64,000 nucleotides of DNA from positions 10,356,001 to 10,420,000 of the forward strand of contig NC_087251.1 of the NCBI RefSeq assembly GCF_037042905.1. The letters run 5' to 3'. The position numbers were made by a program, and so were the translations under genes. The notes beneath the pieces were generated by a model. The model saw nothing but the letters and a program-made list of their open reading frames with translations, searched no databases and was not told the origin of the DNA. Position 1 is the stretch's first letter, and every line of letters begins with the position of its first letter. Shown in pieces: positions 12,451-24,360 of the stretch. Source of the DNA: Lytechinus pictus. Taxonomy: Eukaryota.

Positions 12451-15288
12451 CTTATCAGAAAACCATCGCACAAACAACCTGCTGTTCCGGTTCACCAGGA
12501 ATTTATTCTACAAAATGAGCCGGTATGTTCATGTTCGGAAGAGAGCAAAATATCAAATATGTTTGACAAACACTAGTGGGAAAAGGGAAGCGACATAAGG
12601 GGAGCAAATACATGCATATAATTATGAAGGAAATGTATTTAGAAAGGAAAAAAAAATATGAGGAAATGGGACATGCTCCCTAATTATCATTTTTCTGTTC
12701 TTTTTGTTTTACATCTATGAATTTAATTTGTCTATTAATGCAGTATAATTGGAATAAGAATCTATAGAATAATATATACATGTATGTAGTTTTCTTATCT
12801 ATTATTGAAAAGAATTTTAAAGATGAAATTATACATCTTTCATTTTCAAAATAAAAGAAAAATCAGAGATAAATTGGGGATATTGGGCAAATTGGTCACA
12901 AAGTCACATATATTCTAAAATATCATTTTACAATGTAACTTAAGAATCATTCATGATCTTTGTATGTATTGACTTTCATCCATCCACTGAACTTTGCTCT
13001 TTAAAAGTGATATAAAAATTGATGCATGTAAAAATAAATTCCAAGTATAATGCTTGAATGTTCTCTTATGGAGATATGGTATTTTTATTCTTAATTCAAG
13101 CTAACTGTTCATCATTTGCCAGTTTAGTTGCCCTATCTCTATAGAAAGTCCATACTTAATGTATCATTATGATGAAAAACAGTCTGAATGGAATAAATGC
13201 AAAATCAGAGATCATCAATTGGCTGGTTAAGAACAGAGTAAGATAAATCTCACTTATCCCAGCTGCCTTTTGTTGTAACTACGTACATTATAAGTGATGC
13301 TATACAACGGTAGGTCTTTTTGAGGGTACTCATTAAGCCTCAAGGCAAAAACTGAGGTTTCTGGCCGAGATTCTATGATTCGCCATTGTCGATTTGATTA
13401 GTTGCAAGTGTAGGGAATTTGTTCAAATTGATCAGCAATGATAGTCTACACATTTGAGAAGGGTCGCTTAGAGATAGATTCTTTGTGTGATAAATCTATC
13501 TTGGTGTTTTTCATAAGATTGAAAAAGGGGTTAAACAGATCATTTCCATGCAATGTCTTGCATAAAACCTCAAATTTACAACAACAAAAAATCACAGCAA
13601 AATTATCTCTCCTTTCTTAATGAAATGTCTTTGGTTTCATGGGATATTTTTATTTTAAAAATCAAGAAAATACCTCACAGAACACACATAAAAAATTGTA
13701 AAACAGCCCTCCTGATATGAGGGAAGAAGCAGCATAATAAACACATAAAATCACACCCACATGTACTAACCATGGACATTTATATAGGTCCATGTACTAA
13801 CTAATAGAAAGTATCTTATTATCAAAGGAAAACTGTGTGAGTCTTATATATTGATATGATTGAAAACAAGAACAAAATAATGTGATGATGCTTAAACAAT
13901 TTTACTTCATATGTTTGATCAGAATCCTACAAAGAGTCGGTGAACAAATAAAATTAGTGATTTGGGGCCTTCTTTACGTAATTGGGCAAATCTTTGGCTT
14001 AATGCATAAACTAGCATGATTAATTAGTTATGAGATATTTCAAGAATTTGATTGTACAATTTTGTAGATTATGCCACGGGTAATGTGTGTACCAATTTTC
14101 GTCATGGTCACACTGTCGATGGGATGAATGGGATGGATCAGCCCCCCCCTCCAGTGTTCTTAGGTGTCAAAATAACCAATTTTTTAGGGTTAGGTTGATT
14201 TCTTATAATTATATATAGGCCTTCAAAGTGATATTTTATTTGACTTGACAAGTATTTTTTGTAAAGTGATACAAGCCTTGAATTCGGAAAATTACAATCA
14301 GTTTTAAATATAGGATCTTTCCATGAAAGTAGACTCTTTCCTGATACACATTCATGAAACATTTATGAATAACCACCAAGATCAGGCTGGTCAATGAGTA
14401 TCTAGAATGAAATAGAGTGATTTGAAATTTTATATCTCTAAATTTAAGACATTGTTATGTTCTTCTCAGTAAAGAGTACTTGACAGTGAATAAAACTCAA
14501 ATCAGAACCAAATAAGAAAAACAAAAACTGGTTTATTTTGTCTATTCGCAGGGGTGTGCATATACCCATGATTTAAAGAAAGAGGGAGCAAATAAACATG
14601 CATTGTATTTGAAACAAAATTAATTTCCAAGCCCCCCCCCAAAAAAAAAATAATAATAAATAAAAAATAATAATACATAAACAACATTTAAAAAACTTTC
14701 ATGAGAAGAAAATTTATTTTAAAAATACATGACAAGCAGTAATAAAAGCTTTTATTTAAAAGATTTTCTGAAAAAAAAAACCCAACATGGATGGTAAGAT
14801 AAAATAAGTATTACAATTCTTTCAGGGGAAGAGTGTTATGGGAACTAAACCGATATTTGTATCATGTGTGGAAAATGGAATGATCATGGATTTAAGTATA
14901 TTTGAAATTTCAATATAGTATATGTGTTAAAAGCATTTTTAGCATTGACCCCCAAACAAGGAAAATGTTGCCTATTTTAATTATATGACTTGGTATAAAA
15001 GAAAAAAAAAAGCTATGTACTTTGTGGGGAGTGAGATTAAAAAGGAGAGGGGAATTCAATTTTAAATCCTACTTCATAGTATTGGGTGATAAATAAATAT
15101 ATGCAACAATTAAAGAGTAAAGTGCAATTACCTATCAGCACCTTTTCCATCTTTTTGTTATTCTTCAAAAGATACTTCATCAACCTGATTTGAAAAAGGG
15201 AGCTTTCTATGCAATCACTTAACCCTTTCAATGTCAAAAGAATACCTTTATTCATCCTTCAAAAGGTGACTTGGGTCTCCTTTCTTAC

Positions 15289-15401
15289 CCCAGTCGTCCC
15301 CAAGCTGAATACATGGGGTTCTATTTCCTGAGGATAGCTTCATCAATCCACCTGCTTTTGTCATCAAGGTCATCGCACCTTCCTCCCACCCTGGACAGGA
15401 C
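15289..15401 (-). other. Candidate 113-nt internal exon (UTR or coding)
   Basis: Acceptor tttcttttgtgaacag (15402-15403), donor GG|GTAAGA (15288). About 50% GC in an AT-rich background. One frame is open. Confidence 0.5.
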
Positions 15402-15767
15402 CTGTTCACAAAAGAAATTTAATCTAAATTAGAAACAGAGGTTTTATCATTAAGGTCAATATCTCTAAGAACTTTAGAGGGGCCCATTAATAAAGGAAAT
15501 AATATAATTAACATAGCATGTATTTATAAGGGAAATAATTTATTTTTCATTTACATGCAGTAGTAATTTCCATCGTAACATTAAGTAATGGTGATTTCTT
15601 TTAATATTAAGACAAACACAAACTGGGTAAATTGCCATCATAAAAAAGAAGACACTATCTTGACAAAACAAGGGCTCACTCAGTACCAGTGAAAACATTA
15701 TCATAATATTGCATTTCATCTACAATTAAACTACTGATTCATACTTACCTTTATATAAATCAAAAGA

Positions 15768-15890
15768 TGATTGATTGATTTTATTCTTACAGAATATCAC
15801 AAGATATGGAATATAATAAATGGAAAGAATAACTTGACAGAATAACTCGTGAAAGTCAAAAGGCTCATTTCCAATGTGGTCCTTCTATAG
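15768..15890 (-). mobile_element. 3' end fragment of L2/CR1-group LINE
   Basis: Reverse complement reads ggaccacattggaaatgagcc...aataaaatcaatcaatc: poly(A) signal followed by a short-repeat tail. Confidence 0.45.
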
Positions 15891-16324
15891 TATAAAAACA
15901 TTATAGTGACAACATCATGTATTAACTTGACAAGTACAAAAACATGGTATAAATAATGACATATCCCTCAATCAACTAATTTACAAGAACCTGAACCAAA
16001 CAGCAATTATCTACTGTATATATGAAACAAGATTATAATGTACCCTATATTATCTACAATACTGAAAACCAACTGGGCAAAATATAAGCTTTTTAATGGA
16101 AATACTGTTTTTGAGAAGATTTGGGTATTCATTTACTGCACTCTTAAAGTAAAAAAAAAATTAAATGGCATACAATTCTAAGGGGGTAGAAAGAGAGAGA
16201 TAGAGATGGGGCATGGGATGGCAAGACATAAAAGTATGATTCTGATTACATGAACTCATATTGAAATTATTGAATCCTCTTTTTGTATTCAGTGCTTTGA
16301 AATATATAAAAGCAATTAAATGTT

Positions 16325-17309
16325 AAACGGCAAACGCCAAGCATTGTCTCGTCTGCATATTGCAGTCATGAAGAGACTGCATGTCAAAACTACATGTATG
16401 CTATATGACTTAGATGGACCTCTGTTATGAATTTGGCGATCTCACCTCGAAGCTATAGAAAGTTATTGTGTGTACAACACAGCACAGTGCCAGTCATGGA
16501 AAGTTCACTGACCTTTGACCTTATTCAAATTTGACTCATATTCGAACTTGACCTGTGACTTCAGGAGATGGACCTCTGGTATGAATTTGGTGATCCCACC
16601 TCGAAGATATAGAAAGTTATTATGTGTACAACACAGCACAGTGCCAGTCATGGAAAGTTCATTGACCTTTGACCTTATTCAAATTCGACTCATATTCGAA
16701 CTTGACCTGTGCCTTCAGGAGATGGACCTCTGGTATGAATTTGGTGATCCCACCTCGAAGATATAGAAAGTTATTATGTGTACAACACAGCACAGTGCCA
16801 GTCATGGAAAGTTCATTGACCTTTGACCTTATTCAAATTCGACTCATATTTGAACTTGACCTGTGCCTTCAGGAGATGGACCTCTGGTATGAATTTGGTG
16901 ATCCCACCTCGAAGATGTGTACAACACAGCACAGTGCCAGTCATGGAAAGTTCATTGACCTTTGACCTTATTCAAATTCGACTCATATTTGAACTTGACC
17001 TGTGCCTTCAGGAGATGGACCTCTGGTATGAATTTGGTGATCCCACCTCGAAGTTATAGAAAGTTATTATGAGTACAACACAGCAGTGCCAGTCATGGAA
17101 AGTTCATTGACCTTTGACCTTAATCAAATTCGACTCATATTCGAACTTGACCAGTGCCTTCAGGAGATGGACCTCTGGTATGAATTTGGTGATCTCACCT
17201 CGACCTATAGAAAGTTATTGGGTGTACAACACAATTGTTGACGACGATGACGCTGACACCGGAAATAGTGATAACTATGTCTCGCTCCGCTACGCAGGCG
17301 AGACAAAAA
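16325..17309 (+). mobile_element. Helentron-associated/pearl-like non-autonomous element with internal tandem array
   Basis: Subterminal inverted repeat tgtctcgtctgc (16345-16356) / gcaggcgagaca (17294-17305). 3' hairpin tgtctcgc...gcgagaca, (GAC)-like microsatellite at 17240-17260 and an A-run end. Confidence 0.75.
16412..17232 (+). repeat. ~154-bp tandem repeat, ~5.4 units
   Basis: TGACCTTTGACCT recurs at 16509, 16663, 16817, 16956 and 17108 (spacings 154, 154, 139, 152). Units are near-identical. Confidence 0.97.
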
Positions 17310-17594
17310 TAAGTATGAATAACAAAAATAAAGTATGTAATAGAGAAGCTAATAAGATAGCAGAGAATAGAGAAAATCTATGTTGTAAAATAAAATGCTT
17401 CATGAGGTAGAACTGACAGACAAAATCTCTTAAAGGTCAAGTCCACCCCAGAAAAATGTTGATTTGAATAAATAGAGAAAAATCAAACAAGCATAACCCT
17501 GAAAATTTCATCAAAATTGGATGTAAAATAATAAAGTTATTTTTTTTTAAAAATAACCATTGCTGGTCTTCTTTATTCATCAAACAAAATATAT

Positions 17595-20500
17595 TCACAG
17601 TTCTAACATTTGCCTCCATTTCTGGAGGGAAATACGTGGTTTTCTAGATTTCACATTTTCTTCTATCTGTAAAGGATATCTTAATAGGTCCAACAAAATT
17701 TTAAACAGCCTTTGAATAGTTATTTTCCTTTTAGATTCTTTTCCAGCGAATCATTTATAAATCGTATATAAAGCATAATTCAAAATTATATCTACATCAT
17801 TTTTTTCTTTTGATCTAAATGAAATTCCTGATAATATATGACATGGCTGGAAATGAAAATTTGGCAAAATATATTTCTGTACATTTTCTTCAACTTTTTT
17901 CCAAAATGATATCATTATGTTACAAGAGAAAAACACATGACTGCAATCACCTTTTTTACCACAGTAAAAACATTGGTCATTTTCTTTTAATTTCCATTTA
18001 AAAAGGTTAGCTGGTGTTGCCAAAATAGTATACATGAACTTAGAATTAAAATTGACCAGTACATTGTCCTTAACAAACTTTAACTTAAATAACCAAACAT
18101 CTGTCCAAACTGGTAAACAGTCAAATACTAAGGTATTACACCAAAATTCCTCTGCTCTAGATTCTTCGGTTTTTACTTGGATCAATTCATAATATATTTT
18201 CCTAACTGTCAATTTACTTAATGAAATAATACTATCAACCAATCTAATATCATTATATACATTAAAATTGGATCTAAATTCCAAATACTTCTTTTGTAAT
18301 AAACTTGTATTAGAAAAAAGAGACATGTTGCCACATAACTGAATAGCCTGTCGTATACGAGCATACTGACTGTACCACCTTCCATCCTTAACTACTATTT
18401 TAGCGCTAATCTTATCTATAGGTAGAAAACCCTTATCACCCATTAAATCCCCCACAAACAAAATATCAGAGTTAATCCAATTCATATAAAATAACATTTT
18501 CACTTTGTATAAGATATCTTTATTCAGCCAAATAATTTCTTTGTGATAATTATGCTGTATATCTGCTTGAATATTTCTTGAATAGTTATACCTTTTTAAT
18601 AAGAAAAATGTTGATATCAAGTTATAATAGAAATAAGGCATCCTGTTTTCCAAAAAACATTTGTTTTTAATATTATATTTACAATTCATAATAACTTTTA
18701 TACCACCCAGTTGCTGAAACCAGTAATCAAACATACATTTACATCCAGGGTTTAACTCATCACTATATATTTACAAAGCCAAAATAAATTCAACGACGCA
18801 ACTTTTGTTTCAACATCTAACATATTTAGGCCACCTTCCTCTATTGTGCTTACTACATTAGTCCGTTTAACCTTTGCGGGTCGTCCTTTCCATAAGAAAT
18901 TTAAAAATAATTTATCGAGCTCCTTTACTATTTCTTTAGAACAACAAAGAACTTGTGTTGTATAACTTATTTTCAACATAATCAACGATTTTAATATTAA
19001 AATTTTCCCTCTTAACGCAAGGTTTCTCTGTTTCCATATTTGTAACAACTGTTAAATTTTTAATATTCTTTGTTCAGACCAATTCATTTCTAAACTTAAA
19101 TGCTTCTTTTTGCAAAAATAAATACCAAGAGACTTAACATAAACGTCCTCCCATAATATATTTCCAATATTATTTGTCGGATTGTTGTTTCCCAGCCAAA
19201 TAGATTTTGTTTTGTTTTCATTTAAATGAATTCCAGAATATGTTTCAAAGTTTCTAATGATATTAATAGCTGTATTGCCTGATATAACTGTCCTAACAAA
19301 TAATGTCATATCATCTGCTAACTGCAGTATCTTAAAAGTATTCTTATTTTCATGTTTGTAACCATTACTCAAACCTATGATATTATTATTTTGTCTTATC
19401 TGATTTGCAAGGGTTTCAATGCAAAGTATAAATATTAATGCGGATAAGGGACAGCCCTGTCTTATACCCCGCGATGGGTTTATATATCTTGTTAACCATC
19501 CATTTGTTAATATATTAAGATGGTGATCATTATATATAACTGAAATCCATTTCCTAAAACTATCTTTAAAACCATATATCTTTAAACAAGCATCAATAAA
19601 CTTCCATTCTAACGTATCGAATGCTTTCTGAAAATCGGCAAATATAATTGCACCATCGGTTATGTTAAAAATGCTATAATCTATAACATCCTGGATTATT
19701 CTGGCATTATAAATACCACTCCTGCCCTTGATATAACCTACTTGGTCTTCATTAATTAAATGAGTTAAAACCTTTTGGAGTCTGTTTGATAGTACTGTAG
19801 CAAGTATTTTGTAATCAGTATTAAGTAATGTAATTGGTCGCCAGTTACCTAATTCCATTGAGTCTCCACCCTTAAATAACAAAGTTACAACACCCTTTCT
19901 CTGCAAAAAACTAAGCTTACCTTTGCTATAACCTTCATTTAAACTATTCACAACAAGATCTTGTATATCTACCCAAAATTCCCTAAAAAACTGTTAATCC
20001 GTCGATACCGGGTGTTTTATTGAGACTCATTTCCTTTAACACATTTGTGGCATCTTTAATTGAGATCAGTCCCTCGCATTCTTCGGCTTCACTACCAGAT
20101 AAATGAGGATGATTTATTTCTTTAAAGCCCCTTTCACAATTGACGTACGACCATTTGCGACCTTTTGGTCGTGCGACAGGCTGCAACAGGCATCAATCGC
20201 TAGTCATCTCATAAGATCGCACAGAGGCTTTCACAGTTGCAACAGCTGTCGTACAACAAAAACAACCAGTAAACCCCGTTGCACGAGTAAGTCGCATATG
20301 CTCTTATTGTGCTCGTGCGATCACATGCGAGTGTTGCACGAGGGATTGCGAGCGGAACGGTCGCATACATGCGAATGAAACGGTAGTGCAATGTTGTAAG
20401 CCGTTGCGATCGGTCTTGCAACAGTCTTATGGCCCATATTTTTATCGCAACCAGTCGCAAGACAGGTCTCTGTACATGTAGGTCGCTTGCACATGTGCAA

Positions 20501-22616
20501 GTGTTGCACGACCTCCAGTCAAGTAAATGCGACTACTTAGTTGTACCACCTCTCGCACCAAGTCGTACAACGTTGAACAACACTCGCACGATGATCGCCC
20601 GACCGATGGTACGACCCCGGGTACGGCCTGATGCGAGTGAATCGATCGTATTTGATCGCGTTCGGATTTTGAACATGTTCAAAGTTCAGATGTGACCAGT
20701 CACGACCACCTCGAGTTCGTGCGACCGTCTACAACGACTGCGAGTGCTCGCAAGACACCAAGAGATCGATCGTGCAACAACAAGAAAAAACTGTTGCAGG
20801 CGGTCGTAAACTGGTCGGACGTCAATTGTGAAAGGGGCTGAACGGTCGCATACATCCGAATGCAACGGTAGTGGAATGTAGTAAGCCGTAATTTCGATCG
20901 GTCTTGCAACAGTCTCATATTATCGCACCCAGTCGCAAGACTGGTTTCTGTAGGTCTCCAGCACATGTGCAAGTGTTGTACGACCTCCAGTCGACTAAAT
21001 GCGACTATACTTAGTTGTGCCACCTCTCGCACCAAGTCGTACAACGTTGAACAACACCCACACGATGATCGCCCGACCGATGGTACGACCTGTTGCGAGT
21101 GAATCAATCGTATTTGATCGCGTTTGGATTTTGAACATGTTCAAAGTTCAGATGCGACCAGTCACGATCACCTCCGACCACCTCGAGTTTGTGCGATCGT
21201 CTACAACGACTGCGAGTGCTCGCAAGACACCAAGGGATCGATCGTGCAACAACAAGAAAAAACTGTTGCAGGTGGTCGTAAACAGGTCGTACGTCAATTG
21301 TGAAAGGGGCTTAAGATACGCTTCGATCAACAACAGATCAGGATTTTGTGTTGTGTATAATGAAGAATAAAACTTTTCTACTGACTTCATAATTTTGTCC
21401 CTATGAGTTACTACTTTCTTTCCTATCTTTATCCCTGATATTTATTTTTTTGTACTATTCCTATGTTCTAAATTTAAAAAGTATGAAATATTGCTCTCAC
21501 TTTCTTCAAAATGTGTAACTCTAGACCTAACTTTGGCACCATCGCATTGCTTTTTGTAATACATATTAACCTTTCTTTGAACACTAATCATCCGTTCTTC
21601 TATCTCCGAATTACCTGCATAAAGTTGCACATGTTCTTTTTTTCAATGAAATTAATTCTTCCTTCTCAGCTTTCCTAAGCTTCTTAGCAAAAGATATAGT
21701 ATAATCTTTAATTTTCAACTTACATAGGTCCCAAATATAATGAGGATCACATTCTGCTTTAAATTCATTTTTAGTATGAGTGATAACATTAATGACACCA
21801 GTTTTATAATCGCCATTTTTCAGGAGTGAGTTATTCATTTTCCAGTATGAAGAGCCACGGCAGCATTATGTGATGAATGTATTGTCATAGTAATAGCACA
21901 ATGGTCTGGACACATTGAGACTGGTTTAATGGACATATTATAAATGTAATCCACAAACTCATTTTGAACTAGCCAGTAATCTATCCTTGATGACATATTC
22001 AGATACTTACTTCTATATAGGTATATTGTTTTTTGTTTTTGTTAATTTTTCTCCATACATCAACCATCTTAAATTTTTTAACAAATTGCATATATCCATT
22101 TGGTTTCTTATATATTGTTTTATTACCTATCACGTCAATACTTGGATCGTTAACACAATTAAAATCACCTCCTATGATTAAAACATGTGGACCAGTAGTC
22201 TTACAATCATAATTACTCATAATCTTTTCCAACTTTAAGAAAAAATATTCTTTATTCTTCTTCTCTGTCGGAGCATAAATATTAACCAAAAATACATTTT
22301 TGTAATTTATTTTAGTATCTGTAATCAAAATCCTTCCGTCGTCTGATGAGTAAATCAAATTAACAGGTATTTGGGTATTCTTTTTCACTAAAATTGAAAC
22401 ACATCTGCTATGATTGCTTCCGTATGAATTAAAAATTGTTCCATTCCAGTCTCTTTTCACAATGTTCTTTAGATCTTCCATGAAAAAAGTTTCCTGTAAG
22501 AATATAACATCCGTATTTTTCTTCTCCAAATAATGAAATAGTAACCTTCTCTTTTCTTTATTTCTTATCCCTCTCACATTGAGGGACAAAAGAGAGATTC
22601 CCTTAACATCATTCAT
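17595..22616 (-). pseudogene. LINE ORF2 (APE endonuclease + reverse transcriptase + C-terminal CCHC), disrupted by stops, frameshifts and a MITE
   Basis: EN motifs SLNVRG, FLQET, VNIYAP, GGDFN. RT motifs PGIDGL, WRPITLLNTDYKI, DFQKAFD, GIRQGCPLS, LADD. C-terminal CFYC...H...C. Split over ORF-track pieces 21999-22616, 21611-21838, 21442-21630, 21148-21390, 19983-20186, 19052-19951, 18752-19048 and 17751-18734. Confidence 0.95.
20126..21311. mobile_element. PIF/Harbinger-like MITE, composite (one left TIR, two right TIRs)
   Basis: TIR agcccctttcacaattgacgtacgacc / ggtcgtacgtcaattgtgaaaggggct. TSD TAA (20123-20125, 21312-21314). An extra right TIR ends at 20839. Removing the element restores ORF2 in frame (AYLKEINHPHL). 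Confidence 0.95.
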
Positions 22617-23704
22617 TTCTTGCTCGAACCTTTTCTACGCCTTTTCCTGGTTTTTCTTCGACCTTTCTCCCGCCGAATACCTCTCGAATCACGTGATTGC
22701 TCGGATTCTGATTCAAACGACTCGCTATCATCGGTTGAATGATCAACTGGATCTGAAGACTTCTCTTCTCGCGCCCACATATCTCAGATACTCTGCTGTT
22801 TTTTTCTAAGCCTCTGTTCTTCTCTTTTGGCCTGACATCTTGTGTCCTCTCTAACGTAGAACCCTCTGTTGTCATGTGATCATCTCGCTTTCTTTCAGAA
22901 GTAGAAACGGAGGATGCCGCCAGTTGCTGGTCATACTCGAACGCGCGATGTCCGGGATTCTTGCATTGTCTGCAGACAAAAGGCTTAATTAGAACAGGGA
23001 GATGAGTGATGCCTCGTCGCTAAGCACCGTGAACACGTTGCTACCGACGCTTCCTTTATCTGACCTTCGTGAAAGATTCGCGCCTTGAAAGTAGCTATGC
23101 TGACATGGCGGGCAAGCGGCTGACGTGGCTGGTCGATGAAAACAACACTGTCCCCATTAAGACATGTAGTAAGTTGACCTCCTACTCTCAAGCGTTGTCT
23201 AAAGACTTTCCCCTTCACAACAAGTTTCCATCCTTCTAATTCAGCTACAATGAGATCATCAGAGACAGATAGTGGAACATCTTTGATAGTGAGCCTCACA
23301 GAATTTTCGGATTCGTATGAAATAAATGGGTTTCTGTCATAAACACTCACCATTTGTCATCTAAGTAGAATTCCACTGCTAATGAGAGTGATCCTTGCCA
23401 CAAACCTCTAACCTTCTGCACTCCAGTTAAGCGTTGGTGATCAACCACTTTGGCCAAGGCTAGGTACAACTCTTCACTGGTTGCCATGTTATTTTGAACA
23501 TTAGGTATGTCCCGTTGCCTGATGTAAACTGGTTTCTCTCCTTCCCTTTGAACAGGGGTACTGGGTGTGGCTCTATATACCAGCGTATGTTGTTGTGGTA
23601 CTAGCGCCTGCTTGGTCTGAATGCACATATTGATTTCTCTCATTTTTCTCACCTTTCTCTGCATTTCCTTGAAATTCTCTTCCTAAGTCTCTTCCACTAG
23701 CCAT
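22609..23704 (-). pseudogene. LINE ORF1 (gag-like, two zinc knuckles), frameshifted
   Basis: ATG at 23704 (MASGRDLGRE...TYAGI). Central VRLTIKDVPLSVSDDLI...ARIFHEGQ. Knuckles CSRCLATRHHSSPC and, after a 1-nt shift near 22986, CRQCKNPGHRAFEY. Basic tail whose stop overlaps the ORF2 start (ATGAATGA). Confidence 0.85.
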
Positions 23705-24360
23705 CTAAAAGAAAGTAATAAAAGTAAAATAATAAAGTTATGACATTTTTAAATTCCACTTATTTTTCACAAAACAGTAATATGCACAACTCTGTTGCAT
23801 GCAAATAAGACAGTCAATGGTGTCTCTCACTCACTATTTCTTTTGTTTTTATTGTTTGAATTATACAATATTTCATTTTTTACAGATTCGACATTAAGGA
23901 CCAACCTGACTGAGCCATATAGTATTAAACAATGTTAAATTCCACATGTTCAGGGCGGAATTAATTGTCGTTTCACTTGACAATGAGAAAATTAGAATAT
24001 TTCATATTTCACATAATAAAATACAAAAGAAATAGTGAGTGGACAAGGTCATCAGTCTCCTCATTTGCATACCAACCAGGACGTGCATAATATTAAACTG
24101 TTTTGTGAAATTAAGCAAAACTTTAATATATCATAACTTTCTTATTTTACATCCGATGTTGATGAAATTTTCAGTGTAATGTTTGTTGGATTTTTCTCTT
24201 TTTATTCAAATTAACTTTTAGTTGGGGTGGACTTGTCCTTTAAGAAAAACACATAAAAATATGTTATCAGTTTTTTTGTATGGAAGCATATATACTGGAG
24301 TATTAGAAAGAGTAATAAAAACACCACAGAATTATATTTATTTCTGCAGACCATATTTAC

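Larger units (their letters stand above)
17541..23723 (-). mobile_element. Tx1/L1-clade non-LTR retrotransposon, near full length, decayed
   Basis: 18-bp TSD gtaaaataataaagttat (17523-17540, 23724-23741). Poly(A) appears as a T-run at 17541-17548 and AATAAA at 17572-17577 (minus). ORF1 has CCHC knuckles and ORF2 has APE endonuclease, RT and a C-terminal zinc motif. Confidence 0.96.
17434..24239 (+). mobile_element. Kolobok-type non-autonomous element (family A), copy 2, split by the LINE (17434-17540 and 23724-24239)
   Basis: TTAA at 17430-17433 and 24240-24243. Termini aggtcaagtccacccc / ggggtggacttgtcct. The two halves rejoin into a sequence colinear with copy 1. Confidence 0.92.

Noticed and set aside
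16515..17410. Four repeated ORFs (MTLFKFDSYSNLT...) and a CRISPR-like periodicity
   Set aside because: They are translations of a 154-bp tandem unit. Units are contiguous with no unique spacers and no cas genes, in eukaryotic context.
20103..21370. Cluster of overlapping ORFs on both strands
   Set aside because: GC-richer MITE sequence with a duplication. No transposase motifs.
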